A program made the position numbers and the translations under genes. Below, piece by piece: positions 19,836 through 30,508 of a stretch of DNA of 64,000 nt (positions are counted from its first letter, which is position 1; every line of letters starts with the position of its first letter). This stretch comes from Solirubrobacterales bacterium (lineage in GTDB: Bacteria; Actinomycetota; Thermoleophilia; Solirubrobacterales; Solirubrobacteraceae): NCBI GenBank assembly GCA_003132505.1, contig PKXY01000026.1:79396-143395 (forward strand), written 5' to 3'. The notes beneath the pieces are model-generated. The model saw nothing but the letters and a program-made list of their open reading frames with translations, made no database searches and was not told the DNA's origin.

Positions 19836-20534
19836 GTGCCGCGCGGGTGCTTCGTCACAGCGACCGACACGGGCGTCGGCAAGACGATCCTGGCAGCGGC
19901 GATCACGAGCGGTCTGGCGGCAGCGGGCGTCGCGGTCAAGGCGCGCAAACCGATCGCGACCGGGATCAGCCGGCAGGAAAGAGCGGCGGGCGATCGTCTC
20001 GGCGAGCTCGACGATCACGAGTTGCTCGCGATGATCAGCGGCGAGCGGACCGAGCAGGTCGCGTACGCTCAATACGAGCCCGCGGTCTCGCCCCATCTCG
20101 CGGCGCAGATGAGCGGGACGCCGCTCGACGTGCCGGCGATCATCGAAGAGCTGCGCAGCACGGCCGCGAGCGCCGAGGCTCTCGTCGTCGAGGGAATCGG
20201 AGGCCTGCTCGTGCCGCTGGCGCCGGGGTGGGACGTACGCGGATTAGCGGCAGCGCTCGGCTTGCCGGTCTTGATTGCCGCGCGACCCGGGCTCGGCACG
20301 CTCAACCACACGCTGCTGACGCTCGAAGCGGCACGCCGTTCAGCGCTGGACGTGCGCGCGGTCGTGCTGACGCCATGGCCGGACGAGCCGGATGAGATCG
20401 AGCGCTCCAATCGCGCCACGATCGCGCGCCTGGGTGAGGTCGAGGTCGCGACGCTGCCGCGGCTGACTGTCGTGACGCGCGCAAGCCTCGCGGAGGCCGC
20501 GGCTGGTCTTGACTACGAGCGGTGGCTCGCCTGA
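19836..20534 (+). CDS. bioD: dethiobiotin synthetase
   Basis: P-loop FVTATDTGVGKT and VVEGIGGLLVPL. The protein is 232 aa. Confidence 0.88.
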   Translation: MPRGCFVTATDTGVGKTILAAAITSGLAAAGVAVKARKPIATGISRQERAAGDRLGELDDHELLAMISGERTEQVAYAQYEPAVSPHLAAQMSGTPLDVPAIIEELRSTAASAEALVVEGIGGLLVPLAPGWDVRGLAAALGLPVLIAARPGLGTLNHTLLTLEAARRSALDVRAVVLTPWPDEPDEIERSNRATIARLGEVEVATLPRLTVVTRASLAEAAAGLDYERWLA

Positions 20535-20535
20535 G

Positions 20536-20715
20536 TCAATCCTCGTAAGGGGAGAAGTCGCGCTTGCGCGCGCCGCACACCGGGCAGAACCAAGTCTCCG
20601 GGATATCCGCGAATACGGTTCCGGGAGGGATGCCGCCATCCGGGTCGCCGTCCGCGGGATCGTAGATGTAGCCGCAGGACTCGCACATCCAGCGGTCGGT
20701 CGCTACCTCGGTCAT
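20536..20715 (-). CDS. rubredoxin (59 aa, below the ORF-track size cut-off)
   Basis: Hand translation gives [59 protein letters not shown]. Both CxxCG knuckles and the conserved aromatic residues are present. Confidence 0.9.
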   Translation of the reverse strand: MTEVATDRWMCESCGYIYDPADGDPDGGIPPGTVFADIPETWFCPVCGARKRDFSPYED

Positions 20716-20737
20716 CCGCGGAAAGCTTAGGCTCTAT

Positions 20738-22735
<1,998 letters not shown>

Positions 22736-22790
22736 CGAGCCTCAAAGATTGCACGCGCGGCGTCCGCGTGCAGCAGACGCACGCCACCAT

Positions 22791-24785
22791 TCAGAAACCG
22801 TTTTCGATGACGTGCGTCACGGCGTTGATCAATGCAAGGTGAGTGAAGGCCTGCGGGAAGTTGCCGAGATGGCGGCCGCTTCGCGCGTCGAGCTCCTCGG
22901 CGTAGAGCTGAAGCGGCGAGGCGTGGGCGAGCAGCTGCTCACAGAGCTCACGGGCGCGCTCGGCTTCACCGATCTCTGACAGTGCCGAGACGAGCCAGAA
23001 CGAGCAGATCAGGAACGTGCCCTCCTCACCGTGAAGGCCGTCGTCGGTCTCGTCGACGCGGTAGCGCAGGATCAGCCCGTGGTCGTTCAGCTCGTCAGCG
23101 ATCGCGAGAACTGTGGCGCGCACGCGCTCATCGTCGGGCGGCAGGAAGCGGACCAGCGGGACCAGCAGGGTCGAGGCATCGAGCGCAACCGTGTCGTAGT
23201 GCTGGACGAACACGCCACGCTGATCGACACCCCGTGCGAGGATCTCGGCGCGCACCTCCTCGGCTCCGCTCTGCCAGCGCTGCGCGAGATCCGCCTCGCC
23301 GCGGAGCTCTGCCAAACGCGCACCGCGGTCGAGCGCGACCCAGCACATCAGCTTCGAGGAGACGTAGTGCTGCGGAGCGCCGCGTGCCTCCCAGATCCCC
23401 TGGTCGGGCTTGCGCCAGACCCGCCGCGCCGCCTCGACCTGGTCGCCAAGCACCGGCCACAAGCGATCAGGGATGTGGTCGTGGCGCTTGGTGTGCAGGT
23501 AGACGGAGTCGAGCACCGCGCCATAGACGTCGTTCTGACGCTGGTTGTAGGCGCCATTGCCCTTGCGGACCGGGCGCGCGCCCTCGTAGCCCTTGAGCTG
23601 GCGCAGCGTGGTCTCGCGCAGATTCCGCTCGCCGCCAATCCCGTACATGATTTGCAGCGAGCCATCCTTGTTGCGCGGCAGGTCGGCGACGTACTCCATG
23701 AAGTCGTTCGCTTCCCAGTCGAGGCCGAGCGCGTGCAGGCCCCAGAGTGTGAACGTCGCGTCGCGCATCCAGCAGTAGCGGTAGTCCCAGTTGCGCTCGC
23801 CACCTGGCGTCTCCGGTAGCGACGTGGTCAGCGCTGCGATCATCGCGCCGGTTGGTGCATAGGTCAGCCCCTTCAGGACGAGGGCCGAGCGCTGGAGGTA
23901 GGCGCGCCACGGGTGATCGGGGTAGCTGCCGGCGGCCAGCCACTCGCGCCAGAAGTGAGCGGTGCGAACGATGTGGGCATCGGCCTCGGACCATGTCCAC
24001 GGAGCGCTGAGCTCGTCGTCCCAGGAAAGCGCGCAGTATCGCGTCTCCCCCTCGCGCAGCGTGTGACGCGCGTGCGCGTCGGAACCCTCGATGCCCATCC
24101 GCAGATCGCTGCGCAGCCGCAGCGTCGTCTTGCCGTCACTCGCATCGAGTGAGAACTCCGGCTCATCCGGTCCTGGGGTCCAGACGGCCGGCTCGCGGCC
24201 GTACTCGAAGCGCGGCGCGCAGACGAGCTCGATCGGAACCTCCCCCTGTACGCACTCGACGGTTCGCACCAGCAGGTGGTCGGCGTCGTGATCGGTCGGT
24301 GGACGCGTGTGCAGGCCGGTCTGGACGGTGGCGCGCCAGTCGCCGATAGTCAGCGCGTCGCGCACCACAACCCAGCCGGTTGGTGTCATCCAGGTCGTTT
24401 CGAGCACGTTGGTACCGGGCACGTAGCGACGGCCGGCCGGCACGTCGACGCCGTAGGGAGCGAGACGGAATCCGCCCGCGCTGCGGTCGAGCAGCGACCC
24501 GAAGACGCTTGGGCCGTCGAACCGCGGCAGGCAGAGCCACTCAACCGTCCCGTCGGGAGCTACGAGCGCGCCTGTGTGACAGTCGGACAGAAAGGCGTAC
24601 TCGGCGATCGGCGGGAAAGGTGAGGCTCCGTTCCATGCAGCCTGAGACACCGCGACAGCCGACTGCGTCGTCTGCAAGTCGCGGACGCGGGCCTCGGTGC
24701 GGCGGGACGTCGATCGGCCGGCCGCGGCCGCACGAGCGGCCCCCGCCCTGCCTGGAGATGGCTTTACGCGGCGGACGGGCGGCAT
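22791..24785 (-). CDS. glycoside hydrolase family 15 protein, paralog B (tandem duplicate)
   Basis: The 664-aa protein is collinear with paralog A along its whole length (roughly 70% identical by eye). The exact start is uncertain. Confidence 0.85.
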   Translation of the reverse strand: MPPVRRVKPSPGRAGAARAAAAGRSTSRRTEARVRDLQTTQSAVAVSQAAWNGASPFPPIAEYAFLSDCHTGALVAPDGTVEWLCLPRFDGPSVFGSLLDRSAGGFRLAPYGVDVPAGRRYVPGTNVLETTWMTPTGWVVVRDALTIGDWRATVQTGLHTRPPTDHDADHLLVRTVECVQGEVPIELVCAPRFEYGREPAVWTPGPDEPEFSLDASDGKTTLRLRSDLRMGIEGSDAHARHTLREGETRYCALSWDDELSAPWTWSEADAHIVRTAHFWREWLAAGSYPDHPWRAYLQRSALVLKGLTYAPTGAMIAALTTSLPETPGGERNWDYRYCWMRDATFTLWGLHALGLDWEANDFMEYVADLPRNKDGSLQIMYGIGGERNLRETTLRQLKGYEGARPVRKGNGAYNQRQNDVYGAVLDSVYLHTKRHDHIPDRLWPVLGDQVEAARRVWRKPDQGIWEARGAPQHYVSSKLMCWVALDRGARLAELRGEADLAQRWQSGAEEVRAEILARGVDQRGVFVQHYDTVALDASTLLVPLVRFLPPDDERVRATVLAIADELNDHGLILRYRVDETDDGLHGEEGTFLICSFWLVSALSEIGEAERARELCEQLLAHASPLQLYAEELDARSGRHLGNFPQAFTHLALINAVTHVIENGF

Positions 24786-24874
24786 CGATTGCGAGCCTAT
24801 CGCGGATTCGGCTATCGGAACTTCGCCCAGCTCGAGGCGTTACAGTCGCAGAGGGACCGAAAGCCCAAAGCCCT

Positions 24875-26389
24875 GTGGAAGCATCCGCCGTCCCACAACC
24901 AGCTGTAAACGGTCGAGTACCGATCTCGGCTGCGTTCCTGCGCGTGCGCAGCGACGAGCAGCTCGTGTCGCTGTTCCGCGCCGGCTCGGATGACGCCTTC
25001 AGCGTGATCCACGAGCGCTACCACGCGCGGCTGCTCGCCTACGCGCGCCAGATGCTGCGAAGCAGCGGTGGCGACGCCGAAGACGCGCTACAGGACGTCT
25101 TCGTTCGTGCCTTCAAGTCGCTGCGGGCCAGCAACCGGCCGGTCCTGCTGCGCGCCTGGCTCTACCGGATCGCCCACAACCGCTGTATCGACGAGCTACG
25201 GCGGCCGATCCCCGTGCCGACGCAGCTCGACAGCGACGCTCGTCCGGCACTTTCGTCGGGCGCGACGCAGGACCCCTCCCTCGTCGCCGAGCGCAGCGAG
25301 GCCGTGGCGCGACTTGTCGCCGATGTTCGCACGCTGCCGGCGCCACAGCGCTCCGCGCTTCTTATGCGCGAGCTGCAGGGCCTCAGCTACCAGGAGCTGT
25401 CGATGACGCTCGGCGTCTCGGTGCCGGCAGTCAAGTCGCTGCTGCTGCGCGCCCGCACCGGTCTCGTTGACCTCAAACTCGCCCGCGACACGCCCTGCAC
25501 GGAGATCATGCTCGAGCTCGCCGAAGCCGCGGATCGCGGTGTGCGCATGAACGCGCGCTCGCGCCGGCACGTGCGCGAGTGCGATGACTGCGACGCATTC
25601 CACCGCCGGCAACGCGACCTGCACAAGCACCTCGCGGCACTGTTGCCGGTCGGGCCGCTCGGCAAGCTCCTCGGGCTGTTCAGCTTCGGTGGCAGCGGCG
25701 GAACCGGCGGCGGCGTGGCTGCCGGAGGCGCAACGGCCGGGGGCGGTGCAGCTGGAAGCGGCGTTGGGGGCGCCGGCGTGGTCGGCGGACTGACCGCAGC
25801 GAAGGTCGCGGCGGTCGTCGTGACAGCAGCGGTGATCGGTACCGCGGGCGGCGCGGCGGTCCACGCTGTCAGCGGACCACCGCCGCCACGGCCCTCGGCG
25901 CAGCTGCCGGCGGACGCCAGGCAACTCGCTCAGACCACGGGGGCGGCCGTCGCGCCGGAGGTGCCAACGGCGGGGGCGGCGGGGACTGCGAGCAGCTTGG
26001 CAGCGACGAGTGCCTCCCCGGGCGGGCAGACGCTGCTGGCCGGAGTGGGCGTCACCGGCGAGAGCGGTGTCAGCGGCGCAAGCGGAGCGACCGGCGCGAG
26101 CGGCGCGAGCGGCGCCTCTGGAGATACGGAAAGTTCGGGTGCAACAGGCGAGCTCACTCCGCTCATCAGCAGCTCGCATGCGGGTGCCCCGGCGGCGAAC
26201 CCGTCGACTGCTGCCGAAGGGCCAACTGGACCGACGGCAACGGTCGCAAGCGTGCCCACCGCCGGCTCGAGCGGATCGAGCGGCTCGAGCGGCGTCGGCG
26301 GCATGGGAGACCGCGGTGGCACGAGCGGACCTAGCGGGACGAGCGGCACCAGCGGGACGACCGGCGGCACTGCGAGTCCCGAACGCTAG
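24875..26389 (+). CDS. ECF sigma factor fused to zinc-finger anti-sigma motif, TM segment and Gly-X-Ser/Thr repeat tail
   Basis: Sigma2 region (DALQDVFVRAFKSL, RAWLYRIAHNRCIDELRR), sigma4 region (PAPQRSALLMRELQGLSYQELSMTLGVSVPAVKSLLLRAR) and HxxxCxxC (HVRECDDC, 25568..25591). These are followed by a hydrophobic Ala/Val/Gly stretch and GXS/GXT triplets. The start is the GTG at 24875 or 24944. The upstream part of tracked ORF 24380.. is antisense to GH15. Confidence 0.8.
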   Translation: MEASAVPQPAVNGRVPISAAFLRVRSDEQLVSLFRAGSDDAFSVIHERYHARLLAYARQMLRSSGGDAEDALQDVFVRAFKSLRASNRPVLLRAWLYRIAHNRCIDELRRPIPVPTQLDSDARPALSSGATQDPSLVAERSEAVARLVADVRTLPAPQRSALLMRELQGLSYQELSMTLGVSVPAVKSLLLRARTGLVDLKLARDTPCTEIMLELAEAADRGVRMNARSRRHVRECDDCDAFHRRQRDLHKHLAALLPVGPLGKLLGLFSFGGSGGTGGGVAAGGATAGGGAAGSGVGGAGVVGGLTAAKVAAVVVTAAVIGTAGGAAVHAVSGPPPPRPSAQLPADARQLAQTTGAAVAPEVPTAGAAGTASSLAATSASPGGQTLLAGVGVTGESGVSGASGATGASGASGASGDTESSGATGELTPLISSSHAGAPAANPSTAAEGPTGPTATVASVPTAGSSGSSGSSGVGGMGDRGGTSGPSGTSGTSGTTGGTASPER

Positions 26390-26391
26390 GT

Positions 26392-26434
26392 GGTTGTTTC
26401 CCCTAGCCGGCAGCCGCCGGCCGTGGCAACAACC
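26392..26434. terminator. compound hairpin between convergent sigma and E2 genes
   Basis: An outer stem GGTTGTT...AACAACC encloses an inner GCCGGC-agcc-GCCGGC hairpin. It fills almost the whole 47-nt gap between the two stops. Confidence 0.5.
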
Positions 26435-26436
26435 AT

Positions 26437-27705
26437 CTAGAGCAGGAGAAGGGCCGGCTTTTCGAGGCGCTTGCGCACGGTGCCGAGGAACTCGGCAGCC
26501 TCTGCGCCATAGACGATTCGGTGGTCGGCCGAGATGGTCATCTCCATGACGCGGCGGACGCCGACCGTGCCATCTGCGAGCACCACAGCCTTCGCCGCCG
26601 CCGCTCCGACCGCGAGGATCGCCGCCTGCGGCGGATTGATGACCGCCGTGAAGCGTGCGACGCCGAGCATCCCGAGGTTGGAGACGGTGAACGTGCCGCC
26701 GGCGAGATCCGCGGGGCCGACCGTCCCGTCCCGGACCTGAGTCGCGAGCAGGCGCGTCTGCGCCGCGATCTCGACGAGCGACTTGCTGTCCGCGTCGAAA
26801 ACCGTCGGCACGACGAGCGTGCCCTCACCGGCGACTGCGACGCCGACGTTCACGCGCCCATAGCGCTCGAAGCGCCCGTCGATGTAGGCAGCGTTAACGT
26901 TCGGATGGACGCGCAGCGCGAGCGCGCAGGCCTTGATCACGAGATCATTGACCGAGGGCAGCGGCGAGGCATGGTTGCGCAGCTGCTCGCGCAGCTCGAG
27001 AGCCGCCTCGGCGTCGACCTCGACCGTGACCTGGAACTCGGGGATCGTCGCCTTCGCACTGGCCATGCGCCGCGCGATCAGCTGCTGCGTTCGCGACAGC
27101 TCGACCACCGTGACATCGCCCTTGGCGCCAGACGCACTCCCACTCGCAGCGACCGGCGCAGCGGCAGCACCCTCGGTGGCGGTGCCTGCCGTCACACCGT
27201 CGGCGGCTGCCACGACATCAGCCTTGACGATGCGCCCTTCCGGACCACTGCCGCGGAGCGTCGCGAGGTCAATGCCGAGCTCACCGGCGATCCGGCGAGC
27301 AACCGGTGATGCCTTTAGCCGCTCGCCCGAGCCCGGGCGAGCCGGGTCGCCCGGTCCTGGCAGAGGAGCAGCACTTGTCGGGATAGCCTCGCCGGCGGGT
27401 TCGCGCGGCGCGGCTGGGCTCGGCGACGCCGCGGTCGGTGTCTCGCCGTTGGTGTCCCGCTTCGCCGATTCGGCGTCCGCGAGGAGGCGTGCGATGGTTG
27501 CGCCGATCGCGAGCGTGTCGCCCTCCCGGGCGAGGATCTGGAGGAAGCCCTCGGCGTCCGCCTCGTAAGTGACGGTAGCCTTGTCGGTCTCGATGTCGGC
27601 GAGCGGCTCGCCGGACCGCACCTGGTCGCCGGGCTGCTTGAGCCACTTGATGATCGTCCCCTCCTCCATCGAATCGGAGAGGCGGGGCATGATGACATCG
27701 CTCAC
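26437..27705 (-). CDS. 2-oxoacid dehydrogenase E2 (dihydrolipoamide acyltransferase)
   Basis: Lipoyl domain (IMPRLSDSMEEGTIIKWL...ADIETDKAT), a Pro/Ala linker, a subunit-binding domain (ASPVARRIAGELGIDL) and a catalytic domain (DHRIVYGAEAAEFL). The GTG at 27705 overlaps the E1beta stop (GTGA); an ATG at 27690 is an alternative start. Confidence 0.88.
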   Translation of the reverse strand: MSDVIMPRLSDSMEEGTIIKWLKQPGDQVRSGEPLADIETDKATVTYEADAEGFLQILAREGDTLAIGATIARLLADAESAKRDTNGETPTAASPSPAAPREPAGEAIPTSAAPLPGPGDPARPGSGERLKASPVARRIAGELGIDLATLRGSGPEGRIVKADVVAAADGVTAGTATEGAAAAPVAASGSASGAKGDVTVVELSRTQQLIARRMASAKATIPEFQVTVEVDAEAALELREQLRNHASPLPSVNDLVIKACALALRVHPNVNAAYIDGRFERYGRVNVGVAVAGEGTLVVPTVFDADSKSLVEIAAQTRLLATQVRDGTVGPADLAGGTFTVSNLGMLGVARFTAVINPPQAAILAVGAAAAKAVVLADGTVGVRRVMEMTISADHRIVYGAEAAEFLGTVRKRLEKPALLLL

Positions 27706-28742
27706 GCGCGCAAGCCTAGCGTCGCGAGCACCGCAGCCTCGATCCTGTCTTCGCCGGGCATCGCGGCGAGCTCGAGCTGCTTTGCGTAGGGGAGCGGCAC
27801 TTCGGCCATACCGACCCGTTCGACGGGAGCGTCGAGGTAATCGAAGCAGGCCTTCTGGATCCGAGCGGCGAGCTCGGCGGTCACTCCATAGCTCGGCCAG
27901 CCCTCCTCGATGCAAACCGCGCGGCTGGTCTTCGCAACCGACTCAGCGACCGTATCGACGTCGAGCGGGCGCAGCGAGCGAAGGTCCACGACCTCGGCAT
28001 CGACGCCATGGTCGCGCGCCAGCCGCTCAGCCACATGGAGCGCACGCACAGTCGCGTAGGAATGCGCGACGAGCGTGATGTCGCTGCCGCGACGCGCGAC
28101 GTTGGCAAGGCCGATCGGCGTGAGGAACTCCGGGTCGAGCGGAACCTCGCCGCGCTCCTTGTAGATTGCCAGGTTCTCGACCACGAGAACCGGGTCTTCG
28201 TCGCGGATCGCCGACTTCAGGAGGCCCTTCGCGTCGGCCGGCGTGGCCGGCGCGACGACCTTCAAACCGGGCGTCGAGGCGAACCAGCCCTCAAAGGACT
28301 GCGAGTGCTGGGCTGTCAGCTGGTTGCCGGCGCCGTTAGGGGTGCGGATCACGAGCGGGCAGCGAACCTGACCGCCGAACATCGCGCCGATCTTTGCCGC
28401 GTGGTTGACGACCTGATCCATCGCGACGAGCAGGAAGTTGATCGTCATGATCTCGACGACGGGGCGCTCGCCAAGCATCGCCGCGCCGACGCCGGCACCG
28501 ACGAAGCCCTCCTCGGAGATCGGCGTGTCGCGCACGCGCTCGGCTCCGAACTCGGCCATCAACCCGGCGGTGACCTTGTATGCGCCCTCGAAGACGCCTA
28601 CCTCCTCACCCATGATGAAGACATGCTCGTCGCGTTGCAGTTCCTCGCGGAGCGCGAGACGCAGGGCCTCGCGGTAGGTCATTACCTCGGTGGCTTGTGG
28701 TTCAAGCGACGGCTCGTTTGTCACGGTCTCGACGGTGCTCAT
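27702..28742 (-). CDS. 2-oxoacid dehydrogenase E1 component, beta subunit
   Basis: MTYREALRLALREELQRDEHVFIMGEEVG...RVRDTPISEEGFVG is the typical E1beta (transketolase-like) pattern. Confidence 0.9.
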   Translation of the reverse strand: MSTVETVTNEPSLEPQATEVMTYREALRLALREELQRDEHVFIMGEEVGVFEGAYKVTAGLMAEFGAERVRDTPISEEGFVGAGVGAAMLGERPVVEIMTINFLLVAMDQVVNHAAKIGAMFGGQVRCPLVIRTPNGAGNQLTAQHSQSFEGWFASTPGLKVVAPATPADAKGLLKSAIRDEDPVLVVENLAIYKERGEVPLDPEFLTPIGLANVARRGSDITLVAHSYATVRALHVAERLARDHGVDAEVVDLRSLRPLDVDTVAESVAKTSRAVCIEEGWPSYGVTAELAARIQKACFDYLDAPVERVGMAEVPLPYAKQLELAAMPGEDRIEAAVLATLGLRA

Positions 28743-29785
28743 TGGCCTAGTCCTCCCGCGAATACGAGCTCGCGCTCACCGAACGGTGCGCCGGCGAGCA
28801 TGCCAGCAAATTGCGCTGCGCTTCCGGGCGCGTACATCCCCTTGGCAAGCTCGCTGACCTCGGGCGCGGCGTCAGCTCGCGCCCACTCGACGGCAGCGAG
28901 GACGCGCTGCTCAGCCTCGGCCGCGAGGGCGTTGAGCTCGTCCTCTGAAACGCCGGCAGCGACAAGCGTCGCACGCACCCGCTGCAGCGGATCGTGCTTG
29001 GCGTGCTCTGCGATCTCCTCGGTGGTTCGGTAGCTGAGACCCGGATCGGCAACGGAATGGCCGCGGAAGCGGTAGGTGACGAGCTCCAGCACGGACGGCG
29101 TGCGATCGTCGCGGGCCGCGGCGGTGAGGTCGCTCGTCGCCTCGATTACGGCGGGCAGGTCGTTGCCGTCGATCCGCTCGGACCGCATGCCGTAGGCGGC
29201 GGCTCGCTGATGCAGATCGGTGACCGCCGAGGCGCGCTCGACGCTAGTCCCCATGCCGTACTCGTTGTTCATGACGAGGAAGACGACGGGGAGCTGCCAG
29301 ACCGAAGCGAGGTTCAGTGACTCGTGCCAGGCGCCCATGTTTACCGCCCCGTCGCCAAGCTCGCAGAGCACGCACTGACGACGCTGCTGGCGAACCAGCG
29401 CCAGCGCCAATCCGGTGGCGATCGGGAGCTGGCCGGCGACGATCCCCCAGCCGCCGAAGTATCCGCGACCGACGTCGAGCAGATGCATCGAGCCGCCGCG
29501 GCCGTGGGCGCAGCCACCGGCCCGCCCGAACAGCTCGGCCATCACGGCCTCCGGCGGCACCCCACGCGCCAGTGCGAAGCCATGACAGCGGTAGCCGGTG
29601 ATCAACCGGTCGTCAGCCTCGAGCGCATAGGTACTGCCGACGGTTGCGGCTTCCTGCCCGGAGGAGAGGTGGCAGTAGCCGCCGATCAGCGCCGCCTTGT
29701 ACTCGCGTTCCGACGCGGTCTCGAAGCTGCGAATCAGCAGCATCTGCTCGTAGAGCCGGCTCAGCGTCTGCTTGGAGATCTCCAT
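28739..29785 (-). CDS. 2-oxoacid dehydrogenase E1 component, alpha subunit (TPP-dependent)
   Basis: TPP-binding region (GDGAVNMGAWHESLNLASVWQLPVVFLVMNNEYGMGT) and YRFRGHSVADP. Confidence 0.9.
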   Translation of the reverse strand: MEISKQTLSRLYEQMLLIRSFETASEREYKAALIGGYCHLSSGQEAATVGSTYALEADDRLITGYRCHGFALARGVPPEAVMAELFGRAGGCAHGRGGSMHLLDVGRGYFGGWGIVAGQLPIATGLALALVRQQRRQCVLCELGDGAVNMGAWHESLNLASVWQLPVVFLVMNNEYGMGTSVERASAVTDLHQRAAAYGMRSERIDGNDLPAVIEATSDLTAAARDDRTPSVLELVTYRFRGHSVADPGLSYRTTEEIAEHAKHDPLQRVRATLVAAGVSEDELNALAAEAEQRVLAAVEWARADAAPEVSELAKGMYAPGSAAQFAGMLAGAPFGERELVFAGGLGQ

Positions 29786-30489
29786 CAGAACTCTCCCTCC
29801 TCGAAGTACTCGGGGTGTTGCTCGCGAATCGTCGGAACCGCCGAGAGGACCATGCGGAGGTGGTGGCGCAGTGCCACCTCGGCCTCATCGGGCGCGGCCC
29901 GACGCAGAGCGTCGAGCACGACGTGGTGCTCGACGACCATCTCGCCGAGGTAGTTGGGCTGGGGCAAGCTGAGACGGCGCACCCGACTGAGGTGTCCCTT
30001 TGCGCGCTGGGCTACCTCCCAGGCGAAGCCGTGACCGCTGAGCTCGCAGATCGCGGCGTGAAACTCGTCATCGAGGACCGCGAAGCGCTCGAAGTCGGCG
30101 TGCGCTACCAGCTCCTCCTGGCGGCGGACGAGGCCGCCGAGGGCAGCGATATCGGCGGCGTCCGCGCGAACCGCGGCGACCCGCACAGCGGCGCACTCGA
30201 GCGCCTCGCGCACGAACTGGGCGTCCTCGACAGCGGCGGTGCTGATCCGCGTGACGAACGTCCCCAGCTGCGGCACGACCTGCACGAAACGCTCGTCGCG
30301 GAGGCGCGCAACCGCCTCCCGGATCGGCGTGCGGCTGACCGCGAGGCGCACGCTCAACTCGTTCTCGGAGATCCGCTGGCCTGGAGTGAGATCACCGGCG
30401 ATGATCGCCTCACGAAGCGCCTTGTAGACCTGGCGTCCCGCTGAGCCCGCGCCGACCCGCTGGGAATGCCTGATCCGCATGTCGGCCAC
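29785..30489 (-). CDS. GntR-family (FadR/FCD subfamily) transcriptional regulator
   Basis: The N-terminal winged HTH (LTPGQRISENELSVRLAVSRTPIREAV) is followed by an all-helical FCD-like C-terminal domain. The stop shares 1 nt with the E1alpha ATG (TGATG). Confidence 0.85.
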   Translation of the reverse strand: MADMRIRHSQRVGAGSAGRQVYKALREAIIAGDLTPGQRISENELSVRLAVSRTPIREAVARLRDERFVQVVPQLGTFVTRISTAAVEDAQFVREALECAAVRVAAVRADAADIAALGGLVRRQEELVAHADFERFAVLDDEFHAAICELSGHGFAWEVAQRAKGHLSRVRRLSLPQPNYLGEMVVEHHVVLDALRRAAPDEAEVALRHHLRMVLSAVPTIREQHPEYFEEGEF

Positions 30490-30492
30490 GTC

Positions 30493-30508
30493 TGTATACT
30501 TACATACA
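30493..30508. promoter_or_regulatory. AT-rich inverted repeat TGTAT-ACTTAC-ATACA immediately upstream of gntR (candidate auto-operator)
   Basis: Read directly. It is the only AT-rich patch locally, and it contains the GT...AC half-site cores typical of GntR/FadR operators. Confidence 0.4.

Noticed and set aside
25930-26370. 146-aa Pro/Leu/Val-rich minus-strand ORF (PLVPLVPLGPLVPP...)
   Set aside because: It is the mirror-image reading of the GXS/GXT triplet repeats in the sigma-fusion tail. It has no start context and no independent support.
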